Positions 26,831-36,195 of a stretch of 64,000 nucleotides of DNA are shown here, piece after piece (the first letter of the stretch is position 1; each line of letters opens with the position of its first letter). The stretch is taken from contig JAXGPF010000011.1 in assembly GCA_040767085.1 (NCBI GenBank), positions 96,001-160,000 on the forward strand, given 5' to 3'. Under the pieces are notes generated by a model. That model had not been told where the DNA came from, made no database searches, and saw only the letters and a list, made by a program, of their open reading frames with translations. The position numbers were made by a program, and so were the translations under genes. The DNA comes from Kiritimatiellia bacterium (lineage in GTDB: Bacteria > Verrucomicrobiota > Kiritimatiellia > JAAZAB01).

Positions 26831-27646
26831 ATGCAAATACCAGTCATGATCGCCAGACTCGCCGCGGCGGCGCGGGTTGAGCGCGCGCAGCATATGCGCT
26901 ACGCCGGCGCTTTTTTCGGCGCGGGCCATGCCCACCCCGGCCTGCATCACCTGGACTGGCTGGACCAGGGGCGGACGACGGCGCGCGTGGCCGGCCAAAT
27001 CATTCCCCTGCAGCCGGGTCAGGCCTTGTTCGTGCGCGCCGGCCGCCGGCATAGTTCACTGGAGCCGGCGCCGGCGCCGGTGTTCGATGTTTACAGCGTA
27101 TCCTTCCGGCTGGCGGGTTGCCCGCCCTGGCCGCCGGTCATCCCCGTGGCTGATCGCGAGGCGGCAGGGACGATTTTCCGGGAGTTGATTGACGAGTTCG
27201 CGGCCGAACGGCCCGGCCGCGCATTGTCGTTGCGGTTGCTCCTGGCGCGCCTGTTCCTGCAACTCTGGCGCGGCGGGACAACGCCGGCCGATCCGGCGGG
27301 CAGCGCGCCGGCGCCGGCGGACCATGCGCGCGAAAAAATCCGCCAGGCCGTGGATTTCATTCACGCGCATTACATGCGCAAGATCAGCGCGCGGGATATC
27401 GCCGCCGCCATCCATGTGAGCGTCAGTTTCCTGAGCCATAATTTCCGGCGCGAAACCGGGCTGGCGCCCAACGCTTACCTGGTGCGCTACCGCCTGGAAA
27501 AAGCCCTGTGGCTGCTGGGCAAAACCGGCTATAAAACCGCCGCCATCGCGGCCATGATCGGGTTCGCCAGCCCGCATTATTTTTACCGGGTGTTTAAAAG
27601 GCATTACAAAATGCCGCCGCGCCAATACCACGGCCATGCCGGATAG
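26831..27646 (+). CDS. AraC-family transcriptional regulator
   Basis: C-terminal double HTH: SFLSHNFRRETG...GFASPHYFYRVFK. Confidence 0.9.
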   Translation: MQIPVMIARLAAAARVERAQHMRYAGAFFGAGHAHPGLHHLDWLDQGRTTARVAGQIIPLQPGQALFVRAGRRHSSLEPAPAPVFDVYSVSFRLAGCPPWPPVIPVADREAAGTIFRELIDEFAAERPGRALSLRLLLARLFLQLWRGGTTPADPAGSAPAPADHAREKIRQAVDFIHAHYMRKISARDIAAAIHVSVSFLSHNFRRETGLAPNAYLVRYRLEKALWLLGKTGYKTAAIAAMIGFASPHYFYRVFKRHYKMPPRQYHGHAG

Positions 27647-27712
27647 TGCACACATTATGCCGGATTGTGCGATTGCCGCCCGCGGGCGCTGCCATTAGGA
27701 TGTTCCCCGCCC

Positions 27713-29311
27713 ATGGAACATAAACTACAGGATTCAGCGCGCCGGATGAGCGCGCGTAAAATGCCGGCCTGGCTGGTGCTGGTCCTGGTTGCGGCGGCGG
27801 GAGGATGCCTTATGCGCGGGAACGATCAGTTTGACGGCGGCCTGCGTCCGGGCGGGCGCCTGGAGCCGTTCGGCGCGGTGTATGCCGGGAAAAACCCGCC
27901 GGCCGCGCCGGAACAGCCATGTCCGGAAGCCCTTTCCCGCAAGGCGGTGGCGGAAAGCCTGGATGCGCATAACCTGCTGTATTCCGGGCGGATGGTGAGC
28001 GACCGCGACCCGGGCCTGCTGGCGGTTCCGGAACACCTGGCCGCGGCGGCCGGGCGCGATTTTACCATGGCGCATACGCCGCCGGAAATTGATTTTGCCG
28101 TCATCCCGGTTGAACCGCGCTGGCCGCGCGTGTACCATAACCAGTATCGCTCCGGCTGGTGGGGCAATTACTGCCAGCCGGCTTACGATCCGGCCAGCGG
28201 GAAATTCTACTCGGCGGTGGCCGATCACGGCGCCCGCGATGCGCATCTCTACCTGGTGGAATATGACCCGGCGGCCCGGCAGGTGCATTGCCGGGCCGAG
28301 TTCAACCACTCGCTGGGGCGCGGCCGGGACGATTTCGGCGACGGCATCATCCATGGCTGGCTGGATTTCTTCCAGGCGCCGGGCATGCCGCGTCCGCAGA
28401 TCTGGTTCTGCAGCTATTGGGCCAAGTTCCCCGAGCCGTCCGCAGCCGACTACGCCACCGGCTACGTCGGCGGGCATATCGCCAGCTACGATCCGGCGGA
28501 CAACCTGTTCGTGGACTACGGCGCGCCCTTGCCGCGCACGTCCTGGCCCTTGCACCGCCTGGATGCCCGCCGCGGCATGCTGTATGCCGTCAGTTTCCGC
28601 AATGAGTTTCTGGCCTGGAATATCCGCCGGCAGCGTACTGAATGGGCGGGATACCTCCCGGCGGGCATGCTTTGGAATAACCGCGCCATCCTGGTGGATT
28701 CCAATTCCGGCTGCGTCTTCACCTCGAACGACGATCCGGGCGACCGGCAACGCCGCCTGATCTGTTATAACGACGCCGACAAGCGTTTTTCGCTGCTGGA
28801 TTGCCATATGCCGTCCAACCCCGCCAGCGGCACATTTGACCGACTGCGCGGGCATACGCGCGAACGCGGGCCGGACGGCTTGTACTGGGCGGCGACGGAA
28901 TCCGGCGCGCTCTTTACATTCGACCCGGACCGCCGGGAAATTCAGCCGCGCGGATTGAATTGGCCGGGGCCGGCAGGCACCCGCCGCAGCACCACCACGA
29001 TGGCGCGCAGCCCGCAAGGCCGCTACCTGTATTACAACATCATGTCCTACCAGGATGGCTCCCCGGTGATTCAATACGATACCAGGACCGATACGCGCAA
29101 GGTGCTGGCCTTCCTCTATCCTTATTACCACGCCAAGTACGGCTATATTCCCACCGGCTCGTATTCGTTCGCCCTGGATGAGCGCGGCGCGGGCTTGTTC
29201 ATGGTGTGGAATGGCGCGTTCATCCAGCCGGCGCCCAATATCGGAGTGGATTTCTGGGGGCATTGCTCCGTCATGTACATGAAAATTCCGGAGTCGGAGC
29301 GGATGGAATAA
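27713..29311 (+). CDS. Putative beta-propeller lipoprotein
   Basis: Lipobox-like AAAGGC; repeated YDP motifs; start uncertain. Confidence 0.6.
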   Translation: MEHKLQDSARRMSARKMPAWLVLVLVAAAGGCLMRGNDQFDGGLRPGGRLEPFGAVYAGKNPPAAPEQPCPEALSRKAVAESLDAHNLLYSGRMVSDRDPGLLAVPEHLAAAAGRDFTMAHTPPEIDFAVIPVEPRWPRVYHNQYRSGWWGNYCQPAYDPASGKFYSAVADHGARDAHLYLVEYDPAARQVHCRAEFNHSLGRGRDDFGDGIIHGWLDFFQAPGMPRPQIWFCSYWAKFPEPSAADYATGYVGGHIASYDPADNLFVDYGAPLPRTSWPLHRLDARRGMLYAVSFRNEFLAWNIRRQRTEWAGYLPAGMLWNNRAILVDSNSGCVFTSNDDPGDRQRRLICYNDADKRFSLLDCHMPSNPASGTFDRLRGHTRERGPDGLYWAATESGALFTFDPDRREIQPRGLNWPGPAGTRRSTTTMARSPQGRYLYYNIMSYQDGSPVIQYDTRTDTRKVLAFLYPYYHAKYGYIPTGSYSFALDERGAGLFMVWNGAFIQPAPNIGVDFWGHCSVMYMKIPESERME

Positions 29312-29414
29312 ATTGCAAGGCTCGCCACAGCTTCGCCCTCCAGGAACGTTCCAAACATTAAATATCGTTTTGAAACCGATTCACCGGCGCGACTCATCAG
29401 CGGGAGAAAGCAAA

Positions 29415-31268
29415 ATGTGTATTAAAGCGAAAATTCGGCATCAGGTTGTCTGGACGGCGGCGGCCATCTGCGCGGCATCAATTGCGGCGGGCGCCGGTCA
29501 GGCGGCGGAAAACGAGGAAAATATGCAAAAAAAGGATGGAATACAGGAACTCGCTATCGGACCGATCAAGCTGGATGGAGCAAACGGGCAGGCCTGGCCG
29601 GCGGCCGGCAAAATGCCGTTGGGCGAAGCGCTGACGGTGGCCGCCTGGGTGGTCCCCGCGGATAACCTGGCCGAGCGCATGCGGACGGTGATGTCGAAGT
29701 GGGCGCCGCAACCGGCCTTTGAGGCCTTTGACGCTTACGACGCCGGCCGGACTGACGGGCTGGACACCACCGGGTTCCTGGGCGCGGTGTTTGACGGCCG
29801 CTATCTCTACTTTGCACCCCAGCACAACACCGTCCGCCGGCATGGCGTAGTTTTGCGATACGATACCCATGCCGCGTTCAAGGACCCGGGCGCCTGGCAG
29901 GCATACGACGCCGAACAGACCGACGGACTGGCCACCCGCGGATTCTACGGCGCGGTGTTCGACGGCGCTTATGTTTACTTTACCCCGCGCATGGATGGGC
30001 AATCCTACCATACCCGGGTTTTGCGTTACGACACGCGCCTGCCGTTCAAACAAGGCGCGAGCTGGTCGGCTTTCGATGTCGGCTTGAATAATTCCTACCA
30101 GGGCTGCGCATTCGACGGCCGGCACGTCTATTTCGCGCCCGGCGTCAACCAGGACCGGGAACGCGCCGGCGGCCGGCCGGCGCCGATGCTGCGTTATGAC
30201 ACGCAAAAACCTTTTGCCGACCGCGCCAGCTATGAAGTTTACGAATTATCCGGCCACCCGGGCCTGGAAAATACCAGCGTGGACCTGGATGGCATCAGTT
30301 TTGACGGCCGGTACATGTATTACGCGCCGCTGGTCGGCGAACTCGTTGTCCGCTTTGACACCCGGCAGCCGTTCACCCAGCCGGAATCCTGGGCCTGGTT
30401 CAAACCGCAGGGACTGAAAATGTGTGTCGGCCCGGTGTTCGACGGCCGGCATGTATATTTCGGCGGCTATAATACTCATAACGTAGTCCGTTATGACACG
30501 GCAGCCGATTTCCTGGCGCCGGCCGCCTGGCAATGCGTGGATGTCAAGCAGGTATGCGGAGTTGCATGGGCCGGTTATGACGGCGGCTTCTTCGACGGCC
30601 GGTATCTTTACCTGACCCCTTTTTACGAACAGCAAACCGGGTTGCCGGATCAGCCGCGTAAGTTCCACGCCCAGGCGGTCCGCTATGACACCCGCGCGGC
30701 ATTCGACAGTCCGGCCGCCTGGCAATGGAAAGATGTCGGCCGGACCGACGGTTTGTTCACCGTGGGCTACAATGCCGGCGCCACGGACGGCCGGTACCTG
30801 TATTGTGCGCCCTGGCATGACGGCGCAGCTTACGAAAAAGGCGGCAAAATCGTCGGACACGGCCGCGTGCTGCGTTACGACACCGTCGGCGCCAACGGCT
30901 CGTTTGTCCTGAAATACATGGATTACGGACATAACGGCGGCTTGTGCGGCGCCATCCCGGGGCCGACGTTTACGGTCAATACCGACCGCGGCGTATTCTC
31001 CGCGCGCGCCAACCGCGCGCCGGCCCCCGGCCGGCGGCACCTGGCCGGCGTGTATGACGGCCAATCCGTCAAGCTGTATGTTGACGGCGCGCTGGTGAAC
31101 GAGCAGCCGGCGGCCGGCCGGCTGTGCGCCAATGCCGTGCCGGTGATGCTCGGCCAACTGGGCGGCGGCGGCGCCGCCTTTGCCGGGATCCTGGAACGCG
31201 TGGTCATCCGCGCCGCCGCCGCCGGCCCGGCGGAAATCGCGGCGTTGATGCATGCCGCCGGCAAATAA
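29415..31268 (+). CDS. Secreted protein: seven FDGRY-type repeats nested within a LamG-like domain
   Basis: Seven (F/T)DG(R/A)(Y/H)xY repeats; LTVAAWV before and HLAGVYDG..KLYVDG after. Confidence 0.7.
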   Translation: MCIKAKIRHQVVWTAAAICAASIAAGAGQAAENEENMQKKDGIQELAIGPIKLDGANGQAWPAAGKMPLGEALTVAAWVVPADNLAERMRTVMSKWAPQPAFEAFDAYDAGRTDGLDTTGFLGAVFDGRYLYFAPQHNTVRRHGVVLRYDTHAAFKDPGAWQAYDAEQTDGLATRGFYGAVFDGAYVYFTPRMDGQSYHTRVLRYDTRLPFKQGASWSAFDVGLNNSYQGCAFDGRHVYFAPGVNQDRERAGGRPAPMLRYDTQKPFADRASYEVYELSGHPGLENTSVDLDGISFDGRYMYYAPLVGELVVRFDTRQPFTQPESWAWFKPQGLKMCVGPVFDGRHVYFGGYNTHNVVRYDTAADFLAPAAWQCVDVKQVCGVAWAGYDGGFFDGRYLYLTPFYEQQTGLPDQPRKFHAQAVRYDTRAAFDSPAAWQWKDVGRTDGLFTVGYNAGATDGRYLYCAPWHDGAAYEKGGKIVGHGRVLRYDTVGANGSFVLKYMDYGHNGGLCGAIPGPTFTVNTDRGVFSARANRAPAPGRRHLAGVYDGQSVKLYVDGALVNEQPAAGRLCANAVPVMLGQLGGGGAAFAGILERVVIRAAAAGPAEIAALMHAAGK

Positions 31269-31303
31269 CGCCTGCATCCTGCTGGTATTCCCGTGGCGCC
31301 GGG

Positions 31304-33373
31304 TCAATTATCATGCCCGTCCCCGGCCTGGATTGGGCCGCTGGTGACAAATTCAATCACGCGGAAATCAAATGCGCCGCAGACCACATCCAGGCTCAAG
31401 GGACTGGTTAACGGCAGGTTGGCTCCCGTCCAGATATCCATAGCGCTCGTGAAACGCAGGACATCATTGCGGGACTTGATCCGGCCAGTCCAGGATTCCG
31501 CCTGATTGTTGATCAGAATGACGGTCAGGCGCTGCGGCCGAACGGTAACCAGATATTGGATCGGCAATCCGTCCACTGCCACCGGCAAATGCGGCCGGAT
31601 CAAGTGCGCCAGCAAGTCCTGGCAATGCGCGGCCATCGGTTTGCCGATGCCTTTGCGCGCGTAGTGCGCCATGGTGGTGTAAACCGCTCCCTTCCCCATG
31701 GCATGCCGCACCACGGCCGGCACGGTCGGCTGGTGGCCGCGGCGCGCCTCAATGCAAGCCGCGGCGCCAGCGCGCAGTTCGGCGACTTCCACAACCATCG
31801 GCCCTTCATCCCAGACATTGCCCCACGCCGTGTGGAATTTGGGATACGAAGCAATTTTGCCCGTGGCTTGGAAGCCGGCAAAGTCCGCGGATATCTGCGC
31901 ATAATGCCTGATGTTCAGGACCACTTCACCGCCCGCCGCCGCATAACGCGCCAGTTTTTTTTGCAGGTCCGCGGTCAGTTGCAGCGCCCCGGTGATGATC
32001 AGCACCCGGTATTGCAGGAGGACTTCCAGCGGACAGTTTTCCAGCACCACATCGAAGCAATCGCCGAACCGGCTGGCGGCCAACACCCCTTTTTCCAGCG
32101 GACGCCAATCCGCGCCCGGCGCCGCGGCATTTTCCGCAGCCACCCGGCGCCGGATATGTTCCGCGTCGTCAAGATTCCCGGCAAAGCAACAATTGTCCTC
32201 CTGCCCCGGAAACAGGAAGTTGAACAGATCGTCAATCATCAAGTCGCCGGGGCCGTATTCAAGGCAGCCGCCCCAAATGCGGTGATCGCGCGGGTCCCAG
32301 CCGTGGTCATGCTCCAACATGATGGCGCAAGGCGTCAGCGGCGAGCCGCGATCGGGATGCCTGGCCAAAGCATGCTTTCCGAACATCTGCGCTTTACGTC
32401 CGAACTCGGAAAGCTCCCAACCGCCGGACGGGGTTTTAATCCAGCAACTCGACGCGGTGGATTCCAGGTGCAGATAATTTGCGCCGGCATAGAAGTAAGC
32501 AATGATTTCTCTCAACACCAGGCTGTCGCTGATCCCGCTGATTTGCCGGCCGTCGCGGTCATAAAAACACGCGCCATCCATGCATCCGCCCCAACCGGAA
32601 ATATCCATACCCCAATAAGCGCCATATTGCCGGGCGGCGCCGCGCATGAAGGCCGCGGCAATCTGGCCGCTGCCCAACGTGCCGGTGCGTTCGCACCATA
32701 CCAGGCGCGCGCCCCATTCGTACGGATAATGCGTCGAAAAACACCGTGAAACCTGGATGGCGATGTTATCCCTGGCAAAATCCACGCGATACCGGTCGCG
32801 CATCATGATGAAATCGGCCATCTTCCGGTTGGTATTCGGATACCGGGCCGGATCGTTTTCAAAATAACATTGCCGGTAGTATTCATAAGCTTCCCGCTTG
32901 CTGTTGAATAACCGCGCCGGCCATACCACGCCGCCGTCCTGTTCGCCGCAGATACACCACCAGACTCGCTCGCCGTCGCGCGCCATATAACGCCTGAGCA
33001 AGGCGACACGGCGGTCCAGATATTCCTGGTAGGGCTCGTCCGGATAAAGTTTGGCGACATTTTTCTGCTGATCGGACAACAGCCAGAAATCCACCATGGC
33101 TAGATGCCTGGCCGTATCGGCCCGCGCCATCCGCCGTTCATCGGGGTTGGTCCAGATGCGCACGCCGTTGCAGGGGATGGCCGCCCGGGTTTGTTCAATG
33201 CTTGTGTATTCAATGCCGGTGGCCGTCGGCGAAGGGAAAGCATCCTGCCCGCCCAATGCCTCGCCCTGGTCGAATTCCACGGAAAAAACAAAGGCTTCGC
33301 GGTTCATTTTAACCGGGAGATATGCAGCGGTTTCATTACCGGGCCGGATCATGTTATTTCTCCTTGATTGCAC
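31304..33373 (-). CDS. Hypothetical glycoside-hydrolase-like protein
   Basis: 689 aa, aromatic-rich N-terminal region; C-terminal YAAAGGEVV and GKGAVY motifs resembling a beta-galactosidase trimerisation domain. Confidence 0.55.
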   Translation of the reverse strand: MQSRRNNMIRPGNETAAYLPVKMNREAFVFSVEFDQGEALGGQDAFPSPTATGIEYTSIEQTRAAIPCNGVRIWTNPDERRMARADTARHLAMVDFWLLSDQQKNVAKLYPDEPYQEYLDRRVALLRRYMARDGERVWWCICGEQDGGVVWPARLFNSKREAYEYYRQCYFENDPARYPNTNRKMADFIMMRDRYRVDFARDNIAIQVSRCFSTHYPYEWGARLVWCERTGTLGSGQIAAAFMRGAARQYGAYWGMDISGWGGCMDGACFYDRDGRQISGISDSLVLREIIAYFYAGANYLHLESTASSCWIKTPSGGWELSEFGRKAQMFGKHALARHPDRGSPLTPCAIMLEHDHGWDPRDHRIWGGCLEYGPGDLMIDDLFNFLFPGQEDNCCFAGNLDDAEHIRRRVAAENAAAPGADWRPLEKGVLAASRFGDCFDVVLENCPLEVLLQYRVLIITGALQLTADLQKKLARYAAAGGEVVLNIRHYAQISADFAGFQATGKIASYPKFHTAWGNVWDEGPMVVEVAELRAGAAACIEARRGHQPTVPAVVRHAMGKGAVYTTMAHYARKGIGKPMAAHCQDLLAHLIRPHLPVAVDGLPIQYLVTVRPQRLTVILINNQAESWTGRIKSRNDVLRFTSAMDIWTGANLPLTSPLSLDVVCGAFDFRVIEFVTSGPIQAGDGHDN

Positions 33374-33636
33374 AATATCGCCCTGACTGCAGCCACCCTT
33401 GTCGGGGTATCCAAAAACCGCATACGTTTACGCTGTCAGACTTTCCGCTTGGCGCGGAGGTCATGATCCGGCGATGCTGAAATTCTAACATTGCCGTCAA
33501 GACTTGCCCCGCCCTGTTGCTCGTCAACGCCGACTGTAATACCGAGCGGCGTTCGGCATCCCGGTTTACCGCCGCGTAAAGGCCGACCCTGGCGCGGCGC
33601 CTTCCGGCCGGGAGCAGCAACTGGAGCAGCAAACGC

Positions 33637-33666
33637 TTGACAAATGGCGCATAAATAACCTATGTT
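33637..33666 (+). promoter_or_regulatory. Sigma70-like promoter
   Basis: TTGACA-18 nt-TATGTT. Confidence 0.4.
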
Positions 33667-33745
33667 TAACGCCGCTTGCGCCAGACGGCCATCCGCCGCC
33701 GGCGCGGCTCAACCGCAGTTCAACTTATTGGTTACCGGGAACATT

Positions 33746-33850
33746 ATGGGACAGCAACTCCGCAAGCGCGTCAAACGCCAACGCCGCAAAAATTGGATTG
33801 AGCGCAAAAAACACGCCGCCAAGCCCGCCGCGCCGCAGAAACCCGCCTGA
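33746..33850 (+). CDS. 34-aa highly basic small protein
   Basis: MGQQLRKRVKRQRRKNWIERKKHAAKPAAPQKPA; promoter upstream. Confidence 0.55.
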   Translation: MGQQLRKRVKRQRRKNWIERKKHAAKPAAPQKPA

Positions 33851-33872
33851 ACCGGCCGGCGCCGATGATGCC

Positions 33873-34832
33873 ATGAAATTTTCCGGCCAGACTGCCGCCG
33901 GACAAATCTGGCAGGGGCTGGCGCTGGCCTGCCTGCTGCTCGCCGGGTGCCGCACGCCTTCCGCCAGACTGCCACTGCTGCCGCCCAATGCCATCAAGCC
34001 GGTGGTGGCGGTCTCCCTGTTCGAAAATGAAACCGGGTTCGCCGGCCAATGGAAACTGGGGCGCGGGATTCCCGACCTGCTGGTGGCGGAATTGCTGGCC
34101 ACGGGGTACGTGGAAGTGGTGGACCGGCAGCACATCAGCGCCGTGGTCAACGAAATCAAGCGCCAGGGCCAGGACCTCTTCCGCAAGGAAAATGTCGTCG
34201 CGCGCGGCCGGCTGAAAAACGCCCGCTACCTGGTGCGCGGCGCGATCACCGATTTCACCCAGACCGGCAGCGCTTCCGGCTGGTTCCGCACTTCACAGGT
34301 CAGCGGCGGCGTGAGCGGCGCGCGCGCCGTGGTTATGGTCAGCATCACCCTGATTGACATCGAGACTGGCGAAATTCTCAAATCCATTTCCGCCGGCGGC
34401 ACGGCGCGGGCCTCCGGCCAGTGGGCCAAGTTCGATTACCGCGGCGTCGCCTTCGGGGGCGAGGCTTTCTTCCGGACTCCCATCGGCGCGGCAACGCGCG
34501 AGGCGATCAACAAGGCGGTGGTGGAAATCGTCCAGGCGATCCCAATATCCACCTGGCAGCCGCGCATTGCGGATGCCACGGCGGAACTGGCCATCATCAA
34601 CGGCGGCGCCAACATGGGCGTGAACATCGGCGACATTTTCCTTGCCCGCACCGCCGGGCGCCCGATCGCGGACCCGGAAACCGGCAACATCATCGGGCAT
34701 CATCCCGGCGCGAACACCGGCCGGCTGCAGGTCATCCGCGTCACCCCGACGGCCGCCGAGGCCCTGGTGATCGAAGGCCGGCCCCTCCCGGGCCATTACC
34801 TTGAGAAAATAGCCACGCCGCCGGCCAGGTAA
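33873..34832 (+). CDS. CsgG/HfaB-family lipoprotein
   Basis: Lipobox LLAGC; VVDRQ, YLVRGAITDF and IDIETGEI motifs. Confidence 0.85.
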   Translation: MKFSGQTAAGQIWQGLALACLLLAGCRTPSARLPLLPPNAIKPVVAVSLFENETGFAGQWKLGRGIPDLLVAELLATGYVEVVDRQHISAVVNEIKRQGQDLFRKENVVARGRLKNARYLVRGAITDFTQTGSASGWFRTSQVSGGVSGARAVVMVSITLIDIETGEILKSISAGGTARASGQWAKFDYRGVAFGGEAFFRTPIGAATREAINKAVVEIVQAIPISTWQPRIADATAELAIINGGANMGVNIGDIFLARTAGRPIADPETGNIIGHHPGANTGRLQVIRVTPTAAEALVIEGRPLPGHYLEKIATPPAR

Positions 34833-35431
34833 ACTGTCCGCCAGCCATGCCGCCCGGCAAGCCACTCCATGGTTGCCCGCCGGTAAAAACACAGGTGGGT
34901 AAAATCGCGCCGGTAGGACCAGGTCTGAAAATTCCGGCCTCCCTCCAGCCATTCGGTCAGCACGCCCAACATGCCGCCTGCCTTCAGCATCCCGGCCAGG
35001 CGCGCAAATTCCTCGCCCGGCCGCCGGAAATGCTCGACTACCTCCGTGCAAGTAATGAAATCATAAACGCGGCCCAGCGGCGTCGGATCGGGCTGGAAGA
35101 AAGGATCATAGCCGGCGGTGCGGAAACCGCGCCGTTCCAGCAATTGCGCCAGCACCGGCTGCGGCCCGCAGCCGTAATCCAACCCGGCCGCCCCGGCGGG
35201 GAGCAGCGGCGCCAGCACATCCAGCAGCCGGTTCAGATGCCGGCAATAGCCGGCATCCTCGATGGAATTCCGGTGCAGACGGTACCGCTCGCATTCGCGT
35301 TGTGGATCGGGATGCCAGGCCGGGGCGAGAAAAACCAGGCGGCAAACGCCGCAGTCGAAATATGCGCCATCCCGCGCGTCCCGATAGTATTCCCGCGCAT
35401 CCGCCGCGCCGCATAGTGGACATGCGCTCAT
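34796..35431 (-). CDS. Class I SAM-dependent methyltransferase with N-terminal Zn ribbon
   Basis: CPLC..CGVC, GLDYGCG and CTEVVEHF motifs. Confidence 0.88.
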   Translation of the reverse strand: MSACPLCGAADAREYYRDARDGAYFDCGVCRLVFLAPAWHPDPQRECERYRLHRNSIEDAGYCRHLNRLLDVLAPLLPAGAAGLDYGCGPQPVLAQLLERRGFRTAGYDPFFQPDPTPLGRVYDFITCTEVVEHFRRPGEEFARLAGMLKAGGMLGVLTEWLEGGRNFQTWSYRRDFTHLCFYRRATMEWLAGRHGWRTVYLAGGVAIFSR

Positions 35432-35597
35432 GTCCAAAATGGTAGCATGGGCGATTGCACCCTGCCACCAAATTAAAATATTCCAGAGCGGCGCGGGTGG
35501 AATCCCGCCCTCCCTGGAATCTTGCGGAACACATGCCGCCGGGCGCTTGCATTTCCTTGCATGCCAGGTATAATGCAAGCACAAGGAGGATTAAATC

Positions 35598-36173
35598 ATG
35601 CAAGACAAGAAAAAATCGCTTGGCCCTGAAATCAGCCTGCTGGCGCCAGTCTGGGTCATCGGCTCGTACGACCAGGCCGGCAAGCCGGACATGATGGCTG
35701 CCGCCTGGGGCGGCGTTTGCTGTTCCCAGCCGCCCTGTGTGACGGTTTCACTCAGGAAGGCAACTTACAGTTACCATAACATCATGCAGCGCAAAGCCTT
35801 TACGGTCAATGTTCCCGGCCGGCAATACATCAGGGAAACCGATTATTTTGGCATCGCCTCCGGCAGGGATGCGGATAAACTGGCCGTCGCCGGCCTGACG
35901 CCCGTCAAGGGCGACCATGTGGATGCCCCATATCTGAAAGAATTCCCCATGGCCGTGGAATGCAAGTTGCTCCAGCATGTTGAATTGGGCATGCATACCA
36001 TGTTTATCGGCGAAATCATGGACGTCAAGGCGGAAGAGGACTGTGTCGCCAGCAAGGATGCCCTGCCCGGCATGGTGATTTTCGACCCCCTGCGCCGCTG
36101 CTATTACGGCATGGGCAACAACCTGGGAAAAGCCTTCTCAATCGGCCAGGAACTGGCTGGCAAGCCGCGGTAA
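35598..36173 (+). CDS. Flavin reductase family protein
   Basis: MAAAWGG..CSQPP, FTVNVP, SGRDADK and HTMFIGEI motifs. Confidence 0.9.
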   Translation: MQDKKKSLGPEISLLAPVWVIGSYDQAGKPDMMAAAWGGVCCSQPPCVTVSLRKATYSYHNIMQRKAFTVNVPGRQYIRETDYFGIASGRDADKLAVAGLTPVKGDHVDAPYLKEFPMAVECKLLQHVELGMHTMFIGEIMDVKAEEDCVASKDALPGMVIFDPLRRCYYGMGNNLGKAFSIGQELAGKPR

Positions 36174-36195
36174 TTTTACCGGCACGCCGCAGGAT

